DNA from: Octopus sinensis
Lineage: Eukaryota
Direction: 5' to 3'
Length of the DNA: 64,000 nt
Assembly (NCBI RefSeq): GCF_006345805.1
Contig: NC_043002.1
Location: 96,286,001-96,350,000, forward strand
Below, piece by piece: positions 24,741 through 37,822 of this stretch (position 1 is its first letter; every line of letters starts with the position of its first letter). The translations under genes and the position numbers were made by a program. Below the pieces are notes generated by a model. It ran no database searches. It saw nothing but the letters and a program-made list of their open reading frames with translations, and had not been told where the DNA came from.

Positions 24741-25414
24741 CCTATGCCTATATGAAACCTAGAACTATTTTTTCTTTTTAATTGTAGGGTTTTTGAAATA
24801 AGTGGGTAAGGGAAGAAGAAACTGGAGACACTTTTCAAAGATTTTCAACAGAGTGGTCTCTGTTAAAAGGCATTCAAAAGACAGACAGTTGTGTGGTGAT
24901 GGTATTCGACTGGGGAATGGATTAAATCTACTATGTAAGAATAAGTTCAGCTTATCTAACACGTTTCTTTCTACTTAATTTCACTCAAAAGCCATAGGTC
25001 AAACTAAAGGTAATTTCAAAGCTAATTTCTTAAACTGTACTTGAATCTAAAACTAAACTATGTTCCAAATTAAGCTTTCATACAAAATGGTTTATATTAT
25101 TAAAGCAATACTACTCAGACTGTAGATTGCAATTTATAAGACTAGCTAAAATCACTGCTACTTTCACGGTTTCAATGATTAGATAGTGGTCAAGCTGATG
25201 TGCTATCATCAAGGGTTTTAGTGATCATATTGATCTCTGTACATTGTCTGGGGTTGATTTTCATCAGTTTTAGTTTCCGAGTCACTGGTCAGTCTGAGGC
25301 TACAGTTGCTCAAAGTGTCGTGCAGGGGGATCAAACGCAGGTCCACATGGTTGCCAAACGAATTTTTTTTTAACTAAATGGCCATGCCTGTAACTATTAC
25401 CTTTAATCAATTAT

Positions 25415-25606
25415 TACTCTTTTACTTGTTTCAGTCATTTGACTGTGGCCATGCTGGAGCACTGCCTTTAGTCGAACAAATCGACACCAGGACTAGCACT
25501 TATTCTATCAGTCTCTTTTGCCAAACCGCTAAGTTACGGGGCGTAAACATACCGGCATCGGTTGTCAAGCGATGTTGGAGGGACAAACATAAAAACACAA
25601 ACATAT

Positions 25607-25650
<44 letters not shown>

Positions 25651-25797
25651 CGGGCTTCCTTCAGTTTCCGCCTACCAAATCCACTCACTTTGGTCAGCCC
25701 GAGGCTATAGTAGAAGACACTTACCCAGGGTACCATGCAGTGTGACTGAACCTGGAACCATGTGGTTCGTAAGTAAGCTACTTACCACACAGCCACT
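25415..25797 (-). mobile_element. tRNA-derived SINE, same family
   Basis: Aligns to 24376..24740; internal (TA)n expansion. Confidence 0.75.
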
Positions 25798-27909
25798 CCT
25801 AGTTTTTTTTTTTGTTTTTTTATTGGAAGTTACTTATACATATATATATACATATATATACATATATATATATATATATCATAGTGCATTGTTGTACCAT
25901 TCAAAACTTTTTATTCTTTATAAACAATACACAATGCTTCAAGCGAACTAACTCTCCTGATAGTATTATCGTTGGGATTTAATATTGCTTTAGGTTACAT
26001 CCAGTCAGTCAGATACGGTAGCTACTATCTTGGCTGTAAAGTGAAGTATTCCAGCTTCTGTTATCAAGTGAAGACAAAATTGTTTACAGTGAAGAGAGAT
26101 AACTCTCATCTATTTACATTGCACTTTTGTTATTGAAAATACAGCTGACCGACAGGATCTTGACTTAACAAAGCGCTTCACTTTGAAGCCAGATCGTAAT
26201 GTTTTTCTTCCAGTCACTTTCATAAAACGTAACCAGTCATTGGGTAGCTTAACACTACAGGTATTACTGCAACAAGTATTGACTAATCTTTGAATTCAGC
26301 TTTATAATTTAGTTCTGCAGAGCTCACAGCACACATATATCTCCCATATATATAATTATATACATATATGTATAGAGTCACAGATATATCTTGTATCATT
26401 GAAAGTAAGTATACATATCTTCCTAGTATCTATAAAATTTCAGTTTTAATTCTTTTAGATTTGTTACCGCTGTCACTTTCGGTTCAATGTTTGCGGTTTA
26501 GTGCAATCGTCAAACTAGAAATATACATGCGCGTGCGCGTGAAAAAGAGAGAGAGAGAGTGTGTGTGTGTAGCAGGATTACTTGAAATATTGTATATCCT
26601 CATTGAAATCCTCCAATTAATAACCGATTTCGTTAATCCGATGGATACTAATGTTTTTAAAATGCAATAATAACCCTAAGGCAAAAATATAAAGAATTTA
26701 TTTTAATTGAGAGTCCTGTTAACTGCAGGTTTTGCTGGAGCAATCGATTCGCAATGCCTTTTAAAAAGTCGTCTTTTAATTGTAGAAAAAATGTTTATTC
26801 ATAACTATATTAATAGAGTACTCGTTCACCTTCTATAATGAAAGAAAAAGTATTTTGAGTGAATACTGCAAGTTTCTCACGATGTTTTCAGTTCAACCAG
26901 GTACATAAATAAAAATATACAGGCCTATATAAAATGTTTGCATGTAGAATGACATTTTCACAAGACAAACTTTCGGATTAACTGTTACGCACAGGTCGGA
27001 ATTTCTTCAAGTTTTTTTTTTTTTTAATTCTGGGATTTTTATAAATTTTATAATATCCCACATTCCAAAACACTTAGTAGGAGGGCGAACTTTAAAAGAT
27101 ATTTTTTTAATCCACGTTTTTCAAACGTCCCCTTCCAACTCATAAGTGCCTTCATGATTTTGTTTTCTTTTTCTTTATTTTTCTTCTACACTTTGAAACG
27201 CATGTAATCCGTACGTTTGGAAGTGATTTTTGAAGCAGCAAAGACAAATAATTAACTGGATTTATCAATCTTATAGCTGTAGACTACCGACATATATGAT
27301 CAAATAATAACTCCCACCAAGGGACAGAAGAAAGGTTTTAGATCCTCATTATAGATTTAAACACTGTGTGTGTGTGTGCGTGCGTGCGTGTGTATCTATA
27401 TGAATATCACCGAAGGAGAAACTAGATGAATGTACAGTGTAGCCCAAAATAGGTTTACAGTAATTCAACTATCTCTTTCGCATTCATATATCAACAGTTT
27501 AGATCTTAATTATAAACAAACATGAAACCATTATTCTATGCTAATTTAGTTAATTTTGTCAGACTCCATTTTCAGTTTGTAAGATAGAAATTTAAATGTA
27601 ATAAAATGTTTTAAAAGAAATTTGAAGTGCCTCCGTGATAACTAAACCTACTTTTGGGCCACCCTGTATATCATTGCTATTATGTTAAACTGTCGTATGT
27701 CCAAATTTGGCCAAATGCGTTTTTTTTTGTTTTGTTTTTTTTTGCAATATTTATTTTAGCTCGTAATAGCCGGTTCCTTTGATCAAACTATCGTCGTATC
27801 TCCAGCTGATTCAAATTCCAAGATATGAAAAAATGTTATGTAGTACAACGGTTTTACTATGGAATGGTAAAACTATTTTTTCGCTTTCTGAAAAAGCAAT
27901 GATTTAGAC

Positions 27910-28028
27910 TTACGGAGATGTACTTGCATAGCAAGTGACCTGATCTGAGGTCGTGTGCTGGAAAGAAAACAATTGCAGCGTGGAAGGTATTTATAAGCTA
28001 TTTAAGAAAAACACCTTCCACGCTGCAA
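27910..28028. repeat. Second copy of the palindrome-ended repeat seen at 10..330, with the hairpin collapsed
   Basis: GAGATGTACTTGCATAGCAAGTGAC...TTGCAGCGTGGAAGG...CACCTTCCACGCTGCAA followed by (TA)n. Confidence 0.8.
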
Positions 28029-29556
28029 TATATATATATATATTATTATTATTATTATTAACTTTTTTATCTCCATTTTCTTTTCTTCTTTTAAATGGAT
28101 ATAAGCTGTATGCTTAATATAAACCTATTGTTTTAAGTGAATTTCATTCCCCCCAAATACTAAGTATTGAACCAGTATTTCCTTGAATGTAAACATATGA
28201 AACGAGAAGATCACTACTGGAAGAGTTTGTAAGATTCTAGTTAGGCAAACGGGACAGGATTTTCATCGCGAAAAGTACTAAGAGTGCTGGAGGGTACGAA
28301 ATTTTTTCTCCGAAAATGAGCGGATTACTATAACATAACTAAAAATAGGGAAAAGCAAAAAAAAAAAATCATGTACGCGGTGGTTATTGATCCGAAAGCA
28401 TGATAGAGCCGAAAGCGAGACGTGTGAAAAACAGGTTAATAAAAAGTCCGCCCCAAAGTGTTTTAAAATGTGCGAAAAAACTCGAAGAAATTCTGATTTA
28501 TGCGTGACAGCGATTCTTTTCACTCCCTGAAAATTACATTTCAAATTTTATAGAAACTTTCTGAATCATTTGTCGAAGAACGTTTTCTCATGTTTTCAAT
28601 TAAAAAAAAATTACGAGGTTTATAAATGTGTATGTAGCTGTCGATAAAGTATACACTCACGTACCAATAGTCGTGGAGTAGGAACAAATATACATACACA
28701 TATATTGTTTTCGTTTATAATTATATTTTCATCCTTAAAAAATTTGAAGCAACAATGCTTCAAATTTCTGAAAGTGTAACACCAATGCGTTCAGTGATTT
28801 TATTCTATTATTTATTCTTTTACTTGTTTCACTCATTTGACTGTGGCCACGCTGGAGCACCGCCTTGACTGGTTTGGTCGAGCAAATCGTCCCCAAGCCT
28901 TATTTAAGCCTAGTACTTATTTTATCGGTCTATTTTGCCGAATCGCTAAGTTACGGGGACCTAAACTACCAACACGAGTTGTCAAGCGGTGATGTGGGGA
29001 CAAACACAGATAAAACGTAACGCACACGTAAATATATACACGTCTTCTACTATAGTCTGACCAAACCTCGTGAGTGAATATAGTAGGCGGAAACTGAAAG
29101 AAGCTGGTCGTACACACATTTATATATATATAGATAGATAGAGAGAGAGAGAGGATATGTTCCCCTCCTTTCGGTTTTTTTTTTCGACTGCGGAAATTCC
29201 GAATCAGCAAAAAGAAAATCAGTATTTCAAAATTTTTATTTCACCCAGACTCCAATTGTTGTGGCATGGTTTCTACAGCTGGATGCCCTTCCTAATGCCA
29301 GCCACTTTATACAGTGTGCTGAGTGCCTTTTACGTGTCACAGGCACGGGTGCATTTATGCAGCACTGGCATGGGTACATTTTATGTGACACCGGCGCCGG
29401 GGCATTTTACATGGTACTGGCACCTGCAAAGGACAAGCCTGTGTGTAATGAAAGACAGCAATTTTACTTAGCTTGACGCATTTTTGTGTGTATATGTGGA
29501 CGTATGTATATATATATATATATATCTTGGGTTATCGAATAAATAATGCAGTTTTT

Positions 29557-29954
29557 GGATCTTTTCGGTTTGAACGGCAGTTTTTTCTAGAGGTGTCATA
29601 TAAAATTGTCACCCATAATTATGACCCTAGTATCGATCTATTTTATGGTTAGGGGTAGGGGGAATGGTATCTTTTTTTCTTCAGAAATGTAAATAAACCC
29701 AATCTGTTTCTTAAACGAGGGACATATTCATACGGCACAGAATGTTTTCACCTCAATAGACGTCATTGATTGGTTGAAATTGCAGAAATTGAAGAAAAAA
29801 ACAACAACAAATATCTTACAAACTGTAGAATTTTCTCAATAAAGCCAAGAGAAAAAGATGTTTTATAAACACATTCTACCAATATACGAAGTTTAAAAGT
29901 GTTTAGTTACGTGGAAATTATTTTTAAAAACTGGCGTTCAAACCGAAAAGATCC
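29557..29954. mobile_element. MITE-like element, 398 bp, ~29-bp TIRs, superfamily unassigned
   Basis: GGATCTTTTCGGTTTGAACGGCAGTTTTT ... AAAAACTGGCGTTCAAACCGAAAAGATCC; no TSD seen. Confidence 0.75.
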
Positions 29955-29974
29955 GCCCCTTTTTCCAAAATTTA

Positions 29975-30200
29975 CTTGTCTGTGATAAAAAAATACTCTT
30001 TCAGTAAGACACTGGCTTACGCTTATTGTCTGATCCCCATATACTGCATTAACATTCCTCACACTTTCTGTTGTGTTGTTGCCTTTATTGAATTCATAAT
30101 GCAGAATATGCCGAGTATGCTCCTTTGTCACTTCCATTATAGCCTTGAAAAAATAACTGTTAAAATTCAACTACACACTTCAAAACGTGCACTAAGAATA
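29975..30200 (-). mobile_element. 5' fragment of the mariner family seen at 14726
   Basis: MEVTKEHTRHILHYEFNKGNNTTESVRNVNAVYGDQTISVSQ. Confidence 0.8.
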
Positions 30201-30273
30201 AGGTGATTTTTTTTTTTATTGACCACAAGAGGCAGACATAGAGGGGACAATACAAGGACATGTGGGGACATTA

Positions 30274-30710
30274 CTCTATTACTTGTTTCAGTCAGTTGAC
30301 TGCGGCCATGCTGGAGCACCGCCTTTAGTCGAGCAACTCGACCCCGGGACTTATTCTTTGTAAGCCCAGTACTTATTCTATCGGTCTCTTTTTGCCGAAC
30401 CGCTAAGTGACGGGGACATAAACACGCCAGCATCGGTTGTCAAGCAATGCTAGGGGGACAAACACAGACACACAAACACACACACATACATATATATATA
30501 TCGCCATGTTGATTCGTTAGCTACTGCACGCATTTTTTTTCTCTCCTTCTTTCTGTGTTTTTCTCTCTCTGTGTATCTTTCTGTTGAAGAGCGTAGGCTC
30601 GAAACGTTAAAGACTTGTTTTATTTATATTTCCTGAGCGCCATACTAATACAATTGTTCGTTTGTTTTCCACCTGCCTTCGTCTTTTGTTTATTTTCATA
30701 AAGCTTCCCG

Positions 30711-30781
<71 letters not shown>

Positions 30782-30890
30782 TACATATATACGACAGGCT
30801 TCTTTCAGTTTCCGTCTACCAATCCACTCACAAGGCTTTGGTCGGCCCGAGGCTATAGTAGAAAACACTTGCCCAAGTGGAACTACATAT
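30274..30890 (-). mobile_element. OK/OR-like SINE interrupted in its microsatellite by a Penelope-like end (~30500..30710)
   Basis: SINE halves flank a T-rich insert that carries the hammerhead-like motif. Confidence 0.65.
30576..30613 (+). ncRNA. Minimal hammerhead-ribozyme-like motif with palindromic ACGU stem III and a variant core
   Basis: UCUUU-CUGUUGAA-GAGC(GUAG)GCUC-GAA-ACGU-U-AAAGA; stems I and II pair perfectly; core deviates from CUGANGA. Confidence 0.5.
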
Positions 30891-31219
30891 AACAAATTTT
30901 AAAAAAACAAAACAATGTAATAAGAAAAAGAACAAAAAACGTATGTTACAATGAATGACAAAATAAAAATTAGAGATGAAATGAAGTTTTCTCAGCCCCA
31001 CCTCTGAGTTACTTCATTTATACCTTTGTTCATTTTCTTTAGTAGTTGCATGAAATCCATGTTCCATGGTAACTTTTCAATATCTAGTTCCACTTCCCAC
31101 ATTTTAAATCCGCTTTGAATTTTTTTGGTTTTTTCCTACTGATCTTCGTCTAACAACAGGCAGCAATGCTACCCTTGCACATTGTCGAATTTGCGAGTGT
31201 CATTTTTCCATCTTATTAT

Positions 31220-32050
31220 TTCCTCACACTGACCCTTATTGGTACTGTTATACATAATCGCATAGTTACCTTTTTTGGGGGAAGGTGGGGAGGTTGAACG
31301 GCTTGTCTCTGAATGTATTTGTTTGTGTGTTGGAGAGGGACGGGTAGATTCAATGCCTGTAGGGAGCGGGTGGAGGAAGAGGGTGTGAGTGGGTGTTGGG
31401 TGTGGTGTGGTTCTGTGGTTTCTTCCTTTTTCTTTTCTTGCCTGGTGTCTCCCATTCGCCTTCTGTCCGCCTGGAGAACCGCTATTTCTTCCTCATTACC
31501 GAGCAAGACAGCGGCTGCCATCCAGGCTACGTCGACTTCTGGAGGGACTCCCTCCACGCTGACCCCCACGGAACACCTTCCATGATACATCGGCAACATC
31601 GCCACCTTGTCGGTTTATTCCTCCTGCGGCCACCGAGCGTGTTCCACATGTTACCGTGCACTCCATCCCGCCAATAACCGCCTCCATTGGAGCGCTCACT
31701 TCCATCCCAGTTCCCTCCCGTCTCATCACCCTTGAACAGCCCCTCCACTCGCTCCATTTCACATGGCACTTTGACTTGCCCACCACCTCCGCGAAGCCTC
31801 TATCCTGCCCTGCCCTGTCCTCCTGCTCATAGTGGTCCATGAAATGTCTGACTGTTCGGAATCGGACAGCTCAGTGCAGCTGCCACCTGACGTCCTCCAT
31901 TTCTACACCCGGCCCACCCCTCTCTATGAGGAGGGAAAGCACAACCAGACCGCCACAAGGCAGCAAAAACCAAACTTCAGCGAACACAACAATAACTCAA
32001 ACAACAGCAACACGAACTACACATCTCAAAAATGCTCTAAGAATAAGGAC
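31220..32050 (-). mobile_element. GC-rich island, probably the 5' UTR and ORF1 remnant of a non-LTR retrotransposon
   Basis: Abrupt rise in GC content; overlapping frameshifted minus-strand ORFs (MDHYEQED...; VSVEGVPPEVDVAWMAAAVL); no splice-linked host-gene structure. Confidence 0.4.
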
Positions 32051-33648
32051 AAGGTAGAATTACTACCTGTTTTTATAGCAAGATGATGCAGGTAGTTTAT
32101 CCTGTCCCCCTGCGACTTTTAGTTCATCCAATTGAAAAAATCACATGTAGTAGATTCTATAAGGATCGTTTGCTTCCGCCCCAAAATGAAACCACTTTAA
32201 CCTAAAATGCATATCCATGCTTTCTTCATTGTTAAAACGATCCCTACTTGACTGTTTAACAATATATTTTACATTATATGTTCATTTTTCTAAGTTCACC
32301 ACGGAAGTTTTCATTGAATTTTTTTATAGAAATGCTTATTATATAGAAGTTTTCTACAGAAATTAAAATTTTTTTTGTTTTATACATTGGTACATGCCTG
32401 TATGCAGACCGTATAATTTTCCCCTAAGTCCTCAATGGAATTCAAGTGAGGGCTAGGAACGAAAAACTCTGGGTAGCAACGCTTTAAATAGCTTCGAATT
32501 TGTATTTCGCGTGTCACCATAAATCAATAAAACTATGTAGGAGGAGTTAACAACGTCACAAACAAACACACACCGATTCCCCACATATGTAGTAGATATA
32601 TAACAATTTGTTTCAAAATTTCAAGTTTCGTTTGCGTGTCAGTATGTATGTGTGTGCGCCCACAAATATTTTTTACACGTTAAATTCCGATATAATTGCA
32701 ATCTACATCATCTGAAATGTAAATGTAGGAAGTTTCATTAAAAAGTACCCATTTTTCTGCATCTTAAGGAGAAATAAAGTCTACTCGTGTAAATTTTAAG
32801 TAACTCCTTTCCTCACAACAAATTTTATTATAAACGGAATCTATACCAATTGAGGCGTATATTTAAAAATATCCATTTTTCTGAAAGTTATGAGGAAACA
32901 AATTCGGTGAGAGAGCACACTTCTGTGGGTATGTCAAGTGCTTAAATACAGTTTTGAAGTTTTAGACAACAGATTAAAGTCTACCACAAAACCAAAGAAA
33001 CAGTCACTCTAAAGGGTTCCCACATAGTTTCAGTCTACCAAATTTCGCTCAACAAAGTTTTTGTTGATCTGAGGGTATGTATGGTGGAAGACCTCCCCCA
33101 CAAAGTGCCGTGCATCGAAACTGAACCAGAAACCGCATAGTTGCGAAATAAACTTCTTCGTCACACAGCACCTAGTTGCAAACATAATGGTCTCTATTGA
33201 TAGGCGTGCTCGTGACTAAAACACTTAACTATCAGATATTCCAATCCTTCTCAGAGGAAACCAATTCATTTCACGTTGCTGTTAATATCTTTCGTTAACA
33301 GCGTAAGTGACCTAAGTGGTTTGGCTGAAATTGGAATCCTTCTTTGTATACTCAACTTACTTTATCCTCCACGCCTGTACCACCAGAAGCGAGCTAGTAA
33401 GCTAAGTATGCAGAAAAAAAGGATCTTTTAATTATTTTAAAAATCTGCCGGTCAAAGTGAAAAGATCCCTAACCTTGTTTTCACAAGGGCTGGGAGGCTC
33501 TGTAATAAGCAATATTCTTTTATTATTATATTCTTTTATTGTCACTTTTTAAAATCTTTTTGTCATTTCATCTGTGAGATTCAACCTCACTTGTTCCCAT
33601 ATTTCCAAGTCTATTTTCCCTTTCCCTGTTGGTTATATCCCTCCAGTA

Positions 33649-34022
33649 GTGGAGGCGCAATGGCCCAGTGGTTAGGTCATAGGATCGCGGTTTCGATTCC
33701 CAGGCCGGGCGTTGTGAGTGTTTATTGAGCGAATACACCTAAAAGCTCCACGAGGCTCCGGCAGGGGATGGTGGTGATCCCTGCTGTACTCTTTCACCAC
33801 AACTTTCTCTCACTCTTACTTCCTGTTTCTGTTGTACCTGTATTTCAAAGGGCCGGCCTTGTCACTGTATCACGCTGAATATCCCCGAGAACTACGTTAA
33901 GGGTGCACGTGTCTGTGGAGTGCTCAGCCACTTACACGTTAATTTCACGAGCAGGCTGTTCCGTTGATTCGGATCAACCGGAACCCTCATCGTCGTAACC
34001 GACGGAGTGCTTCCATCCATCC
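33649..34022 (+). mobile_element. Young full-length tRNA-derived SINE with a 14-bp TSD
   Basis: A-box TGGCCCAGTGG, B-box GGTTTCGATTCC, (CCAT)n tail; TSD ATATCCCTCCAGTA at 33635..33648 and 34023..34036. Confidence 0.88.
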
Positions 34023-34715
34023 ATATCCCTCCAGTACTTTTTCATCTGGACACCGATTGTATAAAAGCTTGCCACAGGGACCGTTCATATTCTTGGGCAG
34101 TGGACTTAATAGTTTACCCGGTTTACCCAACCCTGTCTTCCCATGGGGACTGTTAGCCGAGTTCCCGCTGTTGCAAGTTTTTTTTTTTTTTTTTGTAATG
34201 TTAAAAATAGTTCAGCAATGTGAACCACCTTTATCAAATAGGTCGTTGATATTTCACTGATAATTCTAAATATAAATGAATAAAGAATTATCTTTATTAT
34301 CTAAGTTTATTTGTTTTTGCTTTTATTTAGACGGTAGGTTTACTTCTGATTGAAAAACAACCGTATTACATCAGTAATGAAACCCTGCTATACAAAACAA
34401 GTTTCAACAATTTCTGTTCTGATTTTTGACCTTTCGGTAAACAACAACTTAAGAATGTATACGCATAATCCTAGTTATAATCACGTCAACATAAATACAC
34501 TTCCTTCTCCACCACCACTACTGCTAAACTGCTTGCTGCATCATTACTGTTGTTTTTATTTCGCTGCTTTTAGTATTTTGTGAGCGGGTACTATCTGATA
34601 CATTACATAGTACATAATATTTACTAGTTTGTATCGTAACATGGAAGGATTGTTTTTTTTTTATTTTTATAATGAATGAAAAACACCAAGTTTTTTGCTT
34701 TTAGAATTTTGCTAC

Positions 34716-34723
34716 TGACGTCA
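34716..34723. promoter_or_regulatory. Perfect CRE palindrome TGACGTCA in a candidate promoter region upstream of copy B
   Basis: Motif is present; CCAAT and GCGGAAG occur within ~170 bp downstream. Function is unsupported. Confidence 0.2.
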
Positions 34724-35713
34724 TATATTCAATATTAAATACAAAAAAAATATATATTATAAGCAGCCCTTTTCTAGCTTCAATAGCTATTTTCTAACCA
34801 CGAATTTTTTTTTTTTTTTTTTGTCGCTTAGCCAGAAAGCAAAGCTGTGCCAATAACCCTGTACAGAGCTTCTGAGTAGAAAGGAGGAGCGGAAGAAATA
34901 TTCTCAAACTGGAAACCTGGCTTAAATGCTTGGATCAGATAGTGTTGCTAGACTAGGCAATAGATTAAGTAGTCTACCACTCAAATAGATGATGACAAAA
35001 TATGATTCAAAACACATCTCTTCTGTGAGGCTCAACATCTTGAGATTGGTTTTCATCACTTTGTCTGGGGTCTTTCTAGCTCTTTCACTATCACAGGCTC
35101 TATTCACTTAAAGTACTTCGCACTTTTTATGTAGCTGTTGATTTTCGTACACATCACATGCTCATATCTCTTATATATGACATCTGATTCCCCTTGCAGC
35201 TTTTCCCTCAGGTCATTTGTACCCCATTATTCATGTACACTAACATTAAACATCAAGCAAAGCATGCTAGCTTCAATTCTTTGTACTCTTAGCAGAACTT
35301 CTGCATTTAAGGCCCATGTCTCACTACCATGTATCATCACACTTCAAACTCAAGCATCATTCAATCTGCCTTTGACTCTAAGGGAGAGGGGATTTTGTTT
35401 ACCAGCTGTGGTAGTAGCTGTTTGAACTTTTTCTAACCTGTTCTTATTCTGGCTACTATGCTCTCAAAGCACCCACTTTCATGAGTTATCACCTAGATAA
35501 CAGAAATTACTAGGGAACTATTTGGGCAGATGAGAGTGTCTATTTCCTGGATACCCTTCACTCTTCATGCTTAATCCATGTGCACCTGCCATATATGAAG
35601 GCAACCTTTGTTGTTAGCTTGCTTGTGATCCCACTACACTTCCAACTCTCTCAAAATGTATGTGCATATGTATGGATATATATATATATGTGTGTGTGTG
35701 TGTAGAGAGAGAG

Positions 35714-35869
35714 AGATATGGCTGGTCTATGGTGTTACCCTGGGTTTCACATCCATAAAGTACTTAGCACTTTTTCAGACCCTAGGGTTTTAGGGTCTGG
35801 AGAAACACTGTAAAGCTAAGCGCTTTATGGATGTGAAGCCTTGGGTGAGCCCATAGACCAGCCATATCT
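35714..35869. mobile_element. 156-bp hairpin MITE-like palindrome
   Basis: AGATATGGCTGGTCTATGG...TTCACATCCATAAAG / CTTTATGGATGTGAA...CCATAGACCAGCCATATCT; related half-copy at ~37560-37640. Confidence 0.75.
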
Positions 35870-37659
35870 ATCTTTATGTATTCTACTGCTCTATAACTTA
35901 GAATGAGCTTCTCTTTCAGATTTATGTTTTATTGAAGATAAATATATATAACTGTGTGTGTATATCATTAAGAAGAAAGAATGTGGGTTAATAACTGAAC
36001 TGTGTGGTACATCACAGCTGACTGAAATTGAGATTGAGTCCAAGAAAGTCCTGTCAACACACTAGGCAAAAACATTCATCTTGGAAACAGATGGAGCCCA
36101 TATTTTTTAGTAATGTCAGTCAGCTCAGCTGGTTAAACAGATCAACCCACAAACCTGCTATAAACATGCTTTATTTGACTACTTGTCTCAGTATATGCTT
36201 TCAGTTGTCTCTTTTATTGTACTTACTCTATAATTTTTCAAAAGAGAGATACTTTTTAATTTGAAAACGAGAGAACTCAGAGAGTGCAAAGCTCCTCTAA
36301 GGCAACACCTCTCAATGATTAGCTGGAGATGATTTTTAAAATGAGAATATCTGAAATAAACTTGACTGCTCCCACAAACGAGAATACTAAAAATGAACCC
36401 CGACCACTTTCAAAACTTAAGTAAATAAACCGGAAAAATAATCCAGAATCCTTGTCCGGTACCTGATTAACCCCAATGGTAGTCATGGAATGTGAAGGTG
36501 GCTGTAGAAAATTTAGTAACAGTAATAAATAGTTTATCCTTATCTTATGCAAGCCAAAGTTAACAAATTCACCATTCAAAATAGTTACAGCCTTGAAAGG
36601 TAACGTAAGACTGTAATCATGTAAAGTAAATATAACAAATAATCCAGAATCCTTGTCCAGTAGCACATTGATCCCAAAATCTAATCAGCATTGAGATTTT
36701 AATGATGCAACTGTATATTTTTACAATGACATTGTAGAATAAGTGTGAGAAGTTGGATCTGGCCAGTTTGAAGATAAAACAGGTAGAATATTTGGGTCGG
36801 ATATGGCTGGTTTAAATGCTGAAGGGTTAAAGCTCTCCTATTAACATGTGTGGTTAAGAATTTCACTTTGCAACAATGTCATTTTCAATTTACAGCAAAA
36901 ATCTTCTATAGTCGCCTTGTAAGTGGATCTTTTTTTTATGGAAGCTGAAAGAAACCTGCCACATGTTAGAGCCCAACACTTTAACCACTAGATCATGCAA
37001 ATGTTACTTTTGGTTATAATATCCAACAAGATTCTTTATACTTTCTTATCAACCAATGTCCACCTATCTCCCTGCTCCATCCAGCAAAAGAAAAAGACAA
37101 GCAAGTGCTTTCTGATATATGTTATGCACATATAACAGTCACTGCCTTGTCAATGATATCATATGAAATATAGTGAACCAGTGATTGGCCCCTGTTTTCC
37201 TTTCTTTTTTTGTTGTTTTTTTAAAAATTTCTTTTTAAATCTATAACCAAGATTGATGCTGTTGTTTTCTAAGTGTGATATAAAGTTAAGTTTTAAAATA
37301 TGAATCCAGAATTTTTTTTTTTTTTTACTTATTTCATGCTGCAAGTGGATAAAGCTCTAAGGTGGTAGTGGGGTTGATGGTAGATCCTGAAAACACCAGA
37401 TGGGGTCACAGGAATACTGTTGTGACATTGTATTGTGTTTTGAGCATTTTAAACTTCTTGGAGCCTATCTCTCTCTAGATCTGAACACAGCTGATTTTTG
37501 TCACCCCCCCACCACCATCAACATCATCAATATCATCAGACTCTAATGGCCACCGGCCATTAGGGTTTGATGACGTGTTGAAAGCTAAGCACTTTATGGA
37601 CACAAAAACCTGGGTAACGCTATAAACCAGCAATAACTAGCATTCTCTAAATAAGTATT

Positions 37660-37702
<43 letters not shown>

Positions 37703-37779
37703 TCACCATTGTTTAAATATATATATATGTGTGTGTGTGTGTGTGTATATGCACATACATACATACATACGTATATGTA

Positions 37780-37821
<42 letters not shown>

Positions 37822-37822
<1 letters not shown>

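Noticed and set aside
33649-33720. tRNA-like A and B boxes as a tRNA gene
   Set aside because: No complete cloverleaf; followed by a SINE body, a tail and a TSD.
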